The notes: a model not told the origin generated them from the sequence alone. Positions 9,808 through 19,893 are shown, numbered from the stretch's first letter. The stretch: 64,000 nt of DNA from Minisyncoccota bacterium (GCA_041666225.1 JBAYHJ010000004.1:4350-68349); one strand, 5' to 3'. Numbers and translations are program-made.

Positions 9808-10893
9808 CTAATTTACAACACATCCACCTAGACAAATATCATTATCATAAATCACAATAGATTGTCCTTTATCTACAAGTATATTTTTCTCAAAAATTAC
9901 CTCTGTATAGGTCTGACTTATGCAAACTATTTTACAATCTAAATACTCTCCATGATAACGAATTTGGGCCTGATATTTCTTGTCTTTTTTAGGAATTTCA
10001 TTAATCCAGTTCGCATTACTACACATGATGGTCGTATTTAATTTACTTTCTTTTTCTAGCCCTAAGTCCGACTTAGGGCTGACTGTAATTGTATTATTCA
10101 TTGGATCTTTTGAAACAACATATAGTGGTTTATTATCATCTGTATTTTTAGTAATATTAAATCCATGTCTTTCTCCTAGTGTAAAAAATACTGCTCCATC
10201 ATGAGTACCAATAATTTCTCCATCTTCACTAAGAACATTCCCTTTTTCAGACTTTATATAATGTTTTAAAAAATCTTTCATATCAAGATGTCCCAAAAAA
10301 CAAACACCCTGACTGTCTTTCTTTGTGGCGGTTAGAAGTTTATATTTTACTGCTAGTTTTCTGACTTCTGTTTTTTTAAGATGACCAATTGGAAAAAGTA
10401 CATGAGCTAAATCATCTTGAGTTAGAGTCCATAAAAAGTAAACTTGGTCTTTGGAATTATCTTTCCCCTTTTTTAATTCGTAATTCTTAATTTTTAATTC
10501 GTAATTATTTTGAGCGTAGTGTCCCGTTGCAATAAAATCTGCTCCACGAGCTTTGGCAAAATTCCAAAATACTCCAAATTTAACTTCACGATTACACATA
10601 ACATCAGGGTTTGGAGTATTGCCCTTTTTATATTCTTCAATCATATAATCTGCCACTCCTTTTTTATATTCTTCGGTCGCGTCACATTCTAAAAATGGAA
10701 TTTCAAGATGCGCACAAACTCGCATGGCATCACGTCTTTCATCACGCCAAGTACACTCAATAAAATCTGGTGTCCATGTACGAATAAAAACTCCAACGAC
10801 ATTGTATCCTTGTTCAAGAAGTAGAGCAGTAGAAACAGACGAATCTACCCCTCCTGATACTCCAACAAATACTGTTTTTATTTCTTTTCCCAT
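9808..10893 (-). CDS. mnmA: tRNA-specific 2-thiouridylase MnmA
   Basis: SGGVDSSV, TPNPDVMCNREVKF, ATGHYA, KDQ.YFL, KKDSQGVCF. Confidence 0.97.
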   Translation of the reverse strand: MGKEIKTVFVGVSGGVDSSVSTALLLEQGYNVVGVFIRTWTPDFIECTWRDERRDAMRVCAHLEIPFLECDATEEYKKGVADYMIEEYKKGNTPNPDVMCNREVKFGVFWNFAKARGADFIATGHYAQNNYELKIKNYELKKGKDNSKDQVYFLWTLTQDDLAHVLFPIGHLKKTEVRKLAVKYKLLTATKKDSQGVCFLGHLDMKDFLKHYIKSEKGNVLSEDGEIIGTHDGAVFFTLGERHGFNITKNTDDNKPLYVVSKDPMNNTITVSPKSDLGLEKESKLNTTIMCSNANWINEIPKKDKKYQAQIRYHGEYLDCKIVCISQTYTEVIFEKNILVDKGQSIVIYDNDICLGGCVVN

Positions 10894-11759
10894 CTTGCAA
10901 ATATTCCACAAGGAAGCAACCTATCATTGTCACCTTCTTTTATAGTTAACTCCCCGATTTCAATTTTACCCTTATATTCCTTCATTATATCTTTTAAATT
11001 ATTTTCATAAGCAATCGCAGAATATCCAGCGGTATAACCATTTGTAATTATAAATAATGGATCATCTGAAAGTATTTCACGGCAGAGTTTCATCAACAAA
11101 AGGAAATGTTCTTCTATTTTCCAAAGTTCATCTTTTGGTCCATGTCCAAATGATGGCGGATCCATAATTATAGCATCATATTTGCGACCTCTTTTTATTT
11201 CTCTTCTAAGAAATATTAAAACATCATCAACTATCCAGCGTATTGGTGCATCTTTCAATCCTGAAAGTTCAGCGTTCACACGAGCCCATTCAACAGCAGT
11301 TTTTGATCCATCAACATGACAAACTTCGGCTCCAGCTTTTGCACAGGCAAGTGTAGCTCCACCAGTATAACCAAATAAATTTAAAACACTTACTTTTTTT
11401 TCATTCGTAATTCGTAATTTGTAATTCGTAATTATCTCTTTTGTCCATTCCCAGTTCGGAAGTTGCTCAGGGAAAAGACCTGTGTGCTTAAAAGAAGTAG
11501 GCCGAATTGAAAAATGTAAACCACCAAATACTATATCCCAATTTTTTGGAGTCCCATCTTTGGCTATCCATTTTGTTTTATTTCCATTACGGACAAATTT
11601 TAGTTCTGCTTTATCCCACAAACTAAAATCTTTTGATTTTTCCCAAAGAGCTTCTGGATCTGGACGCCTCAAAATATAAGAACCATATCTTTCTAATTTT
11701 TCTCCATTACCTGAATCTATCAATTCATATTCTTTTTGTTTTATTGTTTTTAAAATCAT
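10878..11759 (-). CDS. SAM-dependent methyltransferase, RlmI/RlmK-like
   Basis: LIDSGNGEKLERYG, KHTGLFPEQ, VLNLFGYTGG, DPPSFG. Confidence 0.88.
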   Translation of the reverse strand: MILKTIKQKEYELIDSGNGEKLERYGSYILRRPDPEALWEKSKDFSLWDKAELKFVRNGNKTKWIAKDGTPKNWDIVFGGLHFSIRPTSFKHTGLFPEQLPNWEWTKEIITNYKLRITNEKKVSVLNLFGYTGGATLACAKAGAEVCHVDGSKTAVEWARVNAELSGLKDAPIRWIVDDVLIFLRREIKRGRKYDAIIMDPPSFGHGPKDELWKIEEHFLLLMKLCREILSDDPLFIITNGYTAGYSAIAYENNLKDIMKEYKGKIEIGELTIKEGDNDRLLPCGIFARWEKK

Positions 11760-11876
11760 AATTGTTCCATCTTAGCTAAAAACGTAGCAAATTATTTTAT
11801 AAAAAAATGTCTGGCTCCTTGTCCTCCCTCATCCGAGGACTTTTTTTAGAATATAATTTGTGAAGTTTTTAATTAA

Positions 11877-12791
11877 TTATTTTAAATATTTACTTATATT
11901 ACTCTTATGTTCTTCAAATGTCGTAGCATAATGTACTTTACCATTTTTATCGTGAAGATAATAATAATACGCTGAATCTACTGAATTTATAGCTGCATTA
12001 ATAGACATTAACCCCGGATTATTTAATGGTTTTTGAGGTAATCCTTTATTTATATATGTATCCTTATCTATATCTACCTGAAGTGGCATTCCTGTAGAAA
12101 TTCTCTTCCACAAAATACCAGAAATAATAGCAATATCATCTTTACCACCCGCTTCTCCTTCTAAAATCGAAGCCATGATTATAACCTGAGACAAACTTCT
12201 TCCACTTTTTTTTATTGATTCATCAATTTTTTTAATTTTAACATCAAAATTATTTGATAATTTCTCAACTATTTCTGAAGTAGTATCAAGTGGATAGAAA
12301 AAATATGTATCTGGGAATAAATATCCCTGTTTGTTTTCTGTACTAATTAAAAATAAATCTTTTCGAAAGCCAGACAATTTATCAGCAAGTAGTGCAGCAA
12401 TAGCTTTATTTGTTAATCCTTCGCGAATTGTTATTTTAATCGGCTCAATATTATGATGACCCCTACCTATTTGCCAAGCAACAATCCAAACTGGTGAATT
12501 TTTATTTATTAAATAATCTCCAGATACAATACCTTTTTTTGTTCCAAATAATTTAATAAAAATTTTTAAAACGGAATTATTTCTTATTGCATTTTTATTT
12601 TCAAGGTCTAATGTCAAGGCATTGACGGATTGACCTTTCTCTATATGTATAATTAAATCTTTACTATCAAAAGGGGCTGAAAATAAATAATATCCTATCA
12701 ATAATAAAAAACCAATAACTAATAATATCCAATGTATTCTTAGTTGCTTTATCTTTTCTGGTTGCCAGTTTTTACTAATACTGTCATCCAT
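11877..12791 (-). CDS. mltG: Endolytic transglycosylase MltG (YceG-like)
   Basis: N-terminal TM, ITIREG, GYLFPDTY, ASILEGE, GMPLQVD, GLP..PLNNPG. Confidence 0.92.
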   Translation of the reverse strand: MDDSISKNWQPEKIKQLRIHWILLVIGFLLLIGYYLFSAPFDSKDLIIHIEKGQSVNALTLDLENKNAIRNNSVLKIFIKLFGTKKGIVSGDYLINKNSPVWIVAWQIGRGHHNIEPIKITIREGLTNKAIAALLADKLSGFRKDLFLISTENKQGYLFPDTYFFYPLDTTSEIVEKLSNNFDVKIKKIDESIKKSGRSLSQVIIMASILEGEAGGKDDIAIISGILWKRISTGMPLQVDIDKDTYINKGLPQKPLNNPGLMSINAAINSVDSAYYYYLHDKNGKVHYATTFEEHKSNISKYLK

Positions 12792-12794
12792 ATA

Positions 12795-14093
12795 TTAAAT
12801 AGGTAAATTTGATGGTGGTTTTGCAATCTTTGATTCAATACGTTTGAAGCTTGGAGTCTCAGAAACCATACCAGGAAAATGATAAAGAGAAGCTAATTCT
12901 TCATTTGAAAGAACAAAGACATTCGGTTTACCTGAAGGAAAAAACATTGATAAAACAGCTGGATATTTAAAAGCGTACTGAATAGGTGGATGAAAGAAAG
13001 TTCTCATACGATAAAAATCAAGCATACGTTTTTTGATTGAAGTAAGAGCAAGCCCTGTCGGATCAGACCAAGGAGCATCGAACTGTGTAGCACTAACACG
13101 ATTTAATTCATTTGAATATGGCTGGGCAAATTGTCTCCATATCAAACGTGAATTACGTCTTAAATTATTAAATTGATCATCCGTACAAAGTCTTTTGTCT
13201 GATAAAGTAATAACTCTTATCCCAGCATCAAAATGAATTTGAGTAAGGGCAGTAATCATTTTTTTAACAAGATCATCAAGAAATGCAGGTGCTCTAATTT
13301 CCATAACAGAACCACCTTCACCCAAACCACCAGTTTTAGTAAATTTAGTAAAAGGTTTTAATATTTCTTTCATATGTTCTTCTGAGTGTTCTTGTATTCC
13401 CACATGTTTACCAGTATGACTATGATATTTTTTAATACTTTGTCTAATTACAATCTGAATCCATACTTGTTGACCTTTGGGTAATGAACCTAAAAATTCT
13501 ATAATAGGAGTAATGGGATCAATTTTAAATTCTTCTTTTGTTCCGGTCTTCATTTCATCAATTTGTTTATATGTTTTTATTGGCTGGGCATCATCTTTCA
13601 TTTTGGTGAATTCACAACCCCAAACATTCCAATCTCCATCTTTTTTATATTGGGGAATATTCCAAACATAATCTTCAACCTCAATAACTTTTGCTTGGGG
13701 GTATTGGGCATAAATCTGTGTCTCTACTAAATCACGTATTCTAGATGGCGTTCTAATATAAAAATGGACTCTGCCCTCAATTGATACCATCTCAAGTGAA
13801 AACCAAAGCCATGGAGCACCTATCATGAATTCTTCCCAAAAACCTTTTATACTTTTATGATACAAAGCGTTTGAAAAAATAAGTTCCATAGCAGCTGGAG
13901 TTTTTATAACATCCCTTGGAACATGAATTTCAAGTAAAACCCACTTTATACTCATAATAAAACGCTCTTGTCTATAATGGTGCCATAAATGAAAAGCAAC
14001 ATAAGCAAGTGGAATAGGCATCAAATAACCAATCGCCACAATCAGTAGTTGTATTAAATTAAAATTATGTGTTGAAAAAAAATCTTGTATCAT
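12795..14093 (-). CDS. Conserved CPR-type hypothetical protein with N-terminal TM
   Basis: Long ORF; WFSLEM...FYIR, IYAQYP.A...EVEDY, EELASLYHFP, PPSNLP motifs. Confidence 0.6.
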   Translation of the reverse strand: MIQDFFSTHNFNLIQLLIVAIGYLMPIPLAYVAFHLWHHYRQERFIMSIKWVLLEIHVPRDVIKTPAAMELIFSNALYHKSIKGFWEEFMIGAPWLWFSLEMVSIEGRVHFYIRTPSRIRDLVETQIYAQYPQAKVIEVEDYVWNIPQYKKDGDWNVWGCEFTKMKDDAQPIKTYKQIDEMKTGTKEEFKIDPITPIIEFLGSLPKGQQVWIQIVIRQSIKKYHSHTGKHVGIQEHSEEHMKEILKPFTKFTKTGGLGEGGSVMEIRAPAFLDDLVKKMITALTQIHFDAGIRVITLSDKRLCTDDQFNNLRRNSRLIWRQFAQPYSNELNRVSATQFDAPWSDPTGLALTSIKKRMLDFYRMRTFFHPPIQYAFKYPAVLSMFFPSGKPNVFVLSNEELASLYHFPGMVSETPSFKRIESKIAKPPSNLPI

Positions 14094-14216
14094 AAAATAA
14101 TATGTTTTAACTTGTAAAATACCCAATCAATATTGCGATAAAAATTACACCCGCAATTATTATTAAAGTATTAACAATAAAACCTCTTTGCATATTAATT
14201 ATTATATCATACTTAA

Positions 14217-14258
14217 AATAAAAAACCTCTCCGACCTAGGTCGGAGAGGTTTTTTATT
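14217..14258. repeat. Perfect 42-bp palindrome (core CCGACCTAGGTCGG), probable terminator / REP-like element
   Basis: aataaaaaacctctccgacct|aggtcggagaggttttttatt; same 14-bp core as 7122-7163. Confidence 0.85.
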
Positions 14259-14262
14259 GACT

Positions 14263-15294
14263 TTAAGCTATAATATACTGTCCCCCTTTATTCTTTTTAA
14301 AATATTTTGAATTTTGTAGATTTACTAAAATTGTATTTTTCTTTAAATATCTCTCTTTCATTACTTGCTCTACAATTTCATCTTTGGTCATAGGACCATT
14401 TTTCTTGATAAGTTCTTTTATGACATCACGAACTACTCCAGTTTTATATCCCCATTCAGAAAGTGCATAAATACCTCTTCCTACTAATACAAACCTTGGA
14501 TCTTTGATTAATTCATTATGACAAGTTGCTATGTGACATTTTTTGTCGAAAGTACTAGCTACTGCTTTTGCTACTTCTCTAAAATGCATTGGGCTACCAT
14601 GTTTACGCATCATTAAAAAAGCAAAATCTTTCACTCCACGAGTTTTAATAGAAGAAGAAGTAGATTTACCCCATTCTCCCAATGGATTCTTACTAATCTT
14701 TTTTGACATTGAAAGCCATCGGCGAGCTATTTCTTCATTCTTGTATTGTTCAGACAAATCTTTCACCTCATCAAGAAAACGAGCTATAAGTTCCCCTTCA
14801 GAAATTAGTTCATCATCGGAAAGACTTTCGAATATATTTTTTAAAGATTTATGAATAGATTCCGCTATATCAGAATCAACACTCCAACGTGTCTTAAAAT
14901 GTTCGTCTTCTTTGTGTTTAGTAAATTCATTACCTAGAGTTAAATATAGGTGCATGTGATTCTGAGTTAATTTATCTTTAGATAAATTATTGAGTAAATC
15001 TTGTTCAGAGACGATTGCCCCTAATGTATGTACTAATTTTTTTAATTCTTCAAAAACTTCTTTTTCGTTCTTAAAAAATTCTGATTTACGAATAAGTGAT
15101 AATGCTGTATTTTCGATTTGACGAACACGCTCACGAGTAATGCCGTATTTTTGACCTATCGCCTCCAGTGTCTTACGTTGAGTATCGGAAGTCAATCCGA
15201 AACGATTAACTATCACCTCGTAAGCACGTGGTGGTAACCCTGAAAGCATTCTTTTGGTAACTTGTTTTGGTTTAAATGTAACTGTATTAGCCAT
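14263..15294 (-). CDS. Sigma-70 region-4 HTH protein with C-terminal winged-HTH (RpoE/HARE-HTH-like) domains
   Basis: RFGL...TLEAIGQKYGITRERVRQIE; HNELIKDPRFVLVGRGIYALSEWGY. Confidence 0.75.
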   Translation of the reverse strand: MANTVTFKPKQVTKRMLSGLPPRAYEVIVNRFGLTSDTQRKTLEAIGQKYGITRERVRQIENTALSLIRKSEFFKNEKEVFEELKKLVHTLGAIVSEQDLLNNLSKDKLTQNHMHLYLTLGNEFTKHKEDEHFKTRWSVDSDIAESIHKSLKNIFESLSDDELISEGELIARFLDEVKDLSEQYKNEEIARRWLSMSKKISKNPLGEWGKSTSSSIKTRGVKDFAFLMMRKHGSPMHFREVAKAVASTFDKKCHIATCHNELIKDPRFVLVGRGIYALSEWGYKTGVVRDVIKELIKKNGPMTKDEIVEQVMKERYLKKNTILVNLQNSKYFKKNKGGQYIIA

Positions 15295-15400
15295 TTTTAA
15301 TTTGTTTTAATCTAATTAATTTCTTGTCTCTATGTATAATATCATTGTAATCATATAAAGTCAACTATTTAATTATATGTTGACAAATAAGGCCAATATA

Positions 15401-17209
15401 TTACTTTTTAGCGGCTACTTTTAATTTTGATCTGTTCATTTCTGTCAATAATTTCTTTCTGAGACGAACACTTTTGGGAGTAATTTCAAGATATTCATCT
15501 TCAGCCATGATCTCTAAACCTCTTTCAATTGATAATTTATAAGGTGGTTTTACATTGATTGCTTCATCAGTTCCACTCGAGCGCATATTTGAAAGTTGTT
15601 TACTTTTTGTTGGGTTGACGGTCATCTCGTCTCCTTTTGTAACATTTCCAATAACCATACCTTCATAAACTTCATCACCATGTTCAACATAAAGTATTCC
15701 TCTTTCTTGAAGTGTCCAAAGTGAAAATGCAATAACTTTACCTCCAACCATTGAAGTCATAGAACCAACATCACGTTTTTTAATTTCACCAGCATAATCT
15801 TTAAATCCAATAAATCGAGATGCGAGTATTCCCTCACCTTTTGTATCAACGACAAATTGTCCACGGTATCCAAGTAATCCCCTTGTGGGTATTTCAATCA
15901 ACATTCGAACTATTCCTTCTTTTTCATGCATACTTGTGATGATTCCGCGACGTCCAGTTAATTTTTCAATTACAGCACCTGAGAATTCATTTCGTACATC
16001 AATAGTAGCCTCTTCATATGGTTCTAATTTTACACCATTTTCTTCTTTTATAATTACATGAGGCTGAGAAACTTGAAGTTCATATCCTTCACGACGCATG
16101 TTTTCAAGTAGTACAGCAATATGTAATTCACCTCTTCCGTATACTAGAAATCCTTCTTGAACTTCTTCTTCATCTGGTGAATCAAAATTTATTCGAAGTC
16201 CTACGTTCATCTCGAGTTCTTTCTCTAATCTCTCTCTTATTTGACGACTTGTGACATACTTACCTTCACGTCCACAAAAAGGAGAATCATTCACAAGAAA
16301 ATTTAAAGAGATTGTTGGCTCGTCTATATCAATAGAAGGAAGAGCTTCTGTTTTTATATCATCACAAAAAGTTTCTCCAATATAAACATCTGGAATTCCT
16401 GCAATAATAGCGATATCCCCCGTATTTAGAACAGTTACTTCTTTTCTATTTATTCCTTCAAAAGTAAACATCTTGGAAATTTTTGCTGTGCGAGAATTCC
16501 CAAAAGCATCTTTCACCACCAATGGAGTATTTGTTTTAATAGAACCAGCATATGCACGAACAATAGCTAAACGCCCTAGGAAGTTATCATAACCAAGATT
16601 AAAAACTTGAGCTCTAAATGGGTCCTCTTTATTTATAGAAGCCTCTTTTACTTCAGAAAGAATAAGATCAAACAAAGGTGTTAGGTCTTTTGATTCATCT
16701 TCTAAATGAAGTTTTGCTACCCCCTGTCTACTAATAGCATAAAGGTATTTAAAATCAATTTGATCTTGAGTTGCTCCAAGTTCTAAAAATAATTCAAGAA
16801 TTTCATCATGAACACGATCAGGGTTAGCAGCTGGTTTATCTATTTTATTTATTACAACTATAGGTTTAAGACCAAGTTCAAGTGATTTTTTCAAAACGAA
16901 ACGAGTTTGAGGCATTGGACCTTCTTGTGCATCAACAAGTAAAAGTACAGAATCAATAGCACGAAGGACACGCTCTACTTCAGAGCCAAAATCCGCGTGA
17001 CCTGGTGTATCAACAATATTTATTTTAGTTCCTTTATAAATAACCGAAGTATTTTTAGAATATATAGTAATACCACGCTCAAGTTCAAGAGCGTTTGAAT
17101 CCATGGTTACTCCAACTTCTGCCATTCCACATTGCTTCATCATCTGATCTGTCAGAGTAGTTTTACCGTGGTCAACGTGGGCGATTATAGCTATATTTCT
17201 TATTTCCAT
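15401..17209 (-). CDS. typA: Translational GTPase TypA/BipA
   Basis: RNIAIIAHVDHGKTT, DTPGHADF, GRGELH, PTRGLLG, EITPKSVRLRK. Confidence 0.98.
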   Translation of the reverse strand: MEIRNIAIIAHVDHGKTTLTDQMMKQCGMAEVGVTMDSNALELERGITIYSKNTSVIYKGTKINIVDTPGHADFGSEVERVLRAIDSVLLLVDAQEGPMPQTRFVLKKSLELGLKPIVVINKIDKPAANPDRVHDEILELFLELGATQDQIDFKYLYAISRQGVAKLHLEDESKDLTPLFDLILSEVKEASINKEDPFRAQVFNLGYDNFLGRLAIVRAYAGSIKTNTPLVVKDAFGNSRTAKISKMFTFEGINRKEVTVLNTGDIAIIAGIPDVYIGETFCDDIKTEALPSIDIDEPTISLNFLVNDSPFCGREGKYVTSRQIRERLEKELEMNVGLRINFDSPDEEEVQEGFLVYGRGELHIAVLLENMRREGYELQVSQPHVIIKEENGVKLEPYEEATIDVRNEFSGAVIEKLTGRRGIITSMHEKEGIVRMLIEIPTRGLLGYRGQFVVDTKGEGILASRFIGFKDYAGEIKKRDVGSMTSMVGGKVIAFSLWTLQERGILYVEHGDEVYEGMVIGNVTKGDEMTVNPTKSKQLSNMRSSGTDEAINVKPPYKLSIERGLEIMAEDEYLEITPKSVRLRKKLLTEMNRSKLKVAAKK

Positions 17210-17335
17210 ATATGTTGTTATGCTAAAAAATTAATTATCTTAAATAAAAACATCCGCCACAGCGGACTTGCCTAAACTGGAAATCGCTTAGATAAACGAA
17301 TGTCTAATTATAATATCATATATTTAGTAAAATGT

Positions 17336-17363
17336 AAAATACCCACAAGATTGTGGGTATTTT
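17336..17363 (-). terminator. Intrinsic terminator after rseP
   Basis: aaaatacccacaa-ga-ttgtgggtatttt hairpin. Confidence 0.7.
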
Positions 17364-17372
17364 AACCTATAA

Positions 17373-18497
17373 CTACAAAAGTTTTACTATATCATGATAG
17401 GTTATTACTACCATTAGAAGCATTAGAAGTCCAAAACCAATCATATTAACCCAGTTTGCAATTTGAGGTTTGATGCGAGAGCCTTTTATTTTTTCTATTA
17501 ATAAGAAAAGTAATCGTCCCCCATCGAGTGCTGGAAATGGCACAAGATTTATGACTGCCAAGTTTACAGAAATTAAAGCAGTGAATGATAGTAAATACAC
17601 AAAACCAAATTTTGCCGCATCTCCCACAACTCCTACTATTCCTACGGGTCCAGTAAGATTATTCATATCTGCTTTACCTAAAAAAGCGCTGTGAATTAAA
17701 TTATAAAATCCAACAACTGTTCCAATTGTAACATCCCAGGTTAATTTCAATCCCTCCCAGACAGCACGATGTATTGATAATTTGAGAGTTCCAATAGTAT
17801 CCATTGAAATACCAATCATCACATTGTCGCCCGTTTTGTTTAATTTTGGAATTACAGTTAACTGCATTGGCTCTTTACCTCGAATAATTGATACACTTAC
17901 ATCTTCATTACCATGAGATTTTATAAAAGATTGAACACTTTCAGTTCCTAATTCTGAAGATAGTAATTTAGTCGAATCTGTTTTGGTATCAAGTGATATG
18001 ATTTTATCCCCAGTTTTAATTCCACCAATTTCTGCCGGTGAACCAGAAAGTACACTTGTAATGGTAAGTGCTTGATTTTGTACAATAACCCCCTTTGGTG
18101 CACTTCCAACTGAAGTCGGAAGCCCCGACATAAAACCTATAGATAAAAGTAACCATGCCACCAATAGATTCATTACAATTCCAGCTACAAGCACAGCCGC
18201 TTGGATATATCGAGGCTTATGCATAAAACTTCTTTCTTTGTCTAAATCAGTAACTTCCTCACCGTTTTGTCCAGGAAAATCATCGGCTCCTTGACCATAG
18301 ATTTTCACATAGCCACCAAGAGGAAGTGCATTAAAATTATAAGTTGTTTCCCCTATTTTTTTACCAAAAAGTTTTGGTGGAAACCCAAAAGAAAATTCAT
18401 CTACTCGTATCCCTGATTTTTTAGCGACAATAAAATGCCCAAATTCATGCGAGACAACAAGCACAAGTAAGATTATTATAAAAATTATTATATTCAT
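17373..18497 (-). CDS. rseP: RIP metalloprotease RseP (M50, PDZ)
   Basis: HEFGH, FSFGFPP, LPLGGYV, NLVPFPALDGG. Confidence 0.95.
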   Translation of the reverse strand: MNIIIFIIILLVLVVSHEFGHFIVAKKSGIRVDEFSFGFPPKLFGKKIGETTYNFNALPLGGYVKIYGQGADDFPGQNGEEVTDLDKERSFMHKPRYIQAAVLVAGIVMNLLVAWLLLSIGFMSGLPTSVGSAPKGVIVQNQALTITSVLSGSPAEIGGIKTGDKIISLDTKTDSTKLLSSELGTESVQSFIKSHGNEDVSVSIIRGKEPMQLTVIPKLNKTGDNVMIGISMDTIGTLKLSIHRAVWEGLKLTWDVTIGTVVGFYNLIHSAFLGKADMNNLTGPVGIVGVVGDAAKFGFVYLLSFTALISVNLAVINLVPFPALDGGRLLFLLIEKIKGSRIKPQIANWVNMIGFGLLMLLMVVITYHDIVKLL

Positions 18498-18580
18498 ATA
18501 GCTCATAATAACATATTGGGACAATATATAAAAACAAAAAGACTCGTTCCGAGATTCATTCCCTTAAATACGATTATGAA

Positions 18581-18604
18581 CCAGTCCTAAGCATTGCTTA
18601 GGAC
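18581..18604. repeat. REP-like palindrome overlapping the RAYT stop codon
   Basis: ccagtcctaagcattgcttaggac; 18581-18603 is the exact reverse complement of 19313-19335. Confidence 0.85.
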
Positions 18605-19287
18605 CAGTCACCTTTTGATAACCATTCAAAAATTTCTTTCCTAAAAGATTCAGGATCAGGGAAATAGTTTACAAAATTTTCTAAACTTAAAATTTTATTT
18701 TCGTCTTTTTGGACCCCTTGATAATAATCAAGACTACTCCATTTATAATCATGAAGAAATTTTAATGCTTTATCTTTGTTTTTAATTCCATTTTCTTTCC
18801 AATCACTTTGTATAAGTTTTATAGGATTAAGATGAATATATGAAAAAAGATATTTAGCTTGATTCTCAGTAACAATATGAACAGATTTAAATTTATCTTC
18901 AAACAATTTACCTGTACGATTATATTTTTTATTAAAATATTTAGAATAAGAAGTACATAATTTAAGCATAAATTTTGCCACATTATTTAACTCCTCATCT
19001 GGTCCTAAGCGTGGCTTAGGACTGAGATATATATGAAAATGATTTGGCATTAATACATAAGCTCCTATATTCACAAGACTCTCTCCTCTTTCAAAATCAA
19101 AAGCGCTTATATGTTTTTTAACTATATCATTTCTAAAATTTATATTATAGATAGAATTTGAAAGATATAGAAGTTTAATAAATCTAAAATAATCCTCTTC
19201 ATCAAGAAAAATCTCCTGTTTACTATTTCCACGATTATAAATATGAAAAAATTCTCCTTCAACTAATGGCGTCATTCTTATTGACAT
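18598..19287 (-). mobile_element. HUH Y1 transposase, REP-associated tyrosine transposase (RAYT)/IS200-like
   Basis: FHIYNRG, YVLMPNHFH (HUH), G.LF..KFKS, YIHLNP, WSS; flanked by identical inverted 23-nt palindromic repeats. Confidence 0.88.
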
Positions 19288-19303
19288 AAATATATTATAC
19301 CAA

Positions 19304-19340
19304 AAGCACCAATCCTAAGCAATGCTTAGGACTGGTGCTT
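19304..19340. repeat. REP-like palindrome upstream of the RAYT (may also terminate frr)
   Basis: aagcaccaatcctaagca-a-tgcttaggactggtgctt. Confidence 0.85.
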
Positions 19341-19359
19341 AAAAAAATATACTGATTAT

Positions 19360-19893
19360 TTAATTCATTATTTCAGTTTCCTTTTTATTAAAGATAGCTT
19401 CGAGATTATTATTACCCTCATCAACAACTTTTTGAATATCATCTTTACCTCTTTTTTTATCATCCTCTGATAAATCATTAAGTTTGTCTATTTCAACTTG
19501 GCGTTCTTTTCTGACACTGATACGAGCATCCTCAAGTTTTTCTTTTAAAACTTTTACAAGCTTTGTACGGTTCTCAGTTGTTAGCATTGGAAAAATAACT
19601 CGAACTCCGTCACTATCTGAAACAACTGAAAGTCCTAAATTTGAAGCTGAAATTGCACTTTCAATATCTTTAATCTGGTTTTTATCCCAAGGAGCCACAC
19701 GAAGTGTCTTTGGATCTTCAATAGTAATTCCAGCCACATTTTTGATCGGCATATAACTTCCATAGCTTTGAACCATTATACTATCCAAAACAATTGGTGT
19801 CGCTCGTCCAGTGTGAACTTGTGAATATTCCTTACTCAACCACTCTTCTATCTTTTTTAATTCTATTTTAAAATTTTGTGTATTGTATGCCAT
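19360..19893 (-). CDS. frr: Ribosome recycling factor
   Basis: HTGRATP, V.SYG, P.LTTENR, EDARISVR..R. Confidence 0.97.
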   Translation of the reverse strand: MAYNTQNFKIELKKIEEWLSKEYSQVHTGRATPIVLDSIMVQSYGSYMPIKNVAGITIEDPKTLRVAPWDKNQIKDIESAISASNLGLSVVSDSDGVRVIFPMLTTENRTKLVKVLKEKLEDARISVRKERQVEIDKLNDLSEDDKKRGKDDIQKVVDEGNNNLEAIFNKKETEIMN

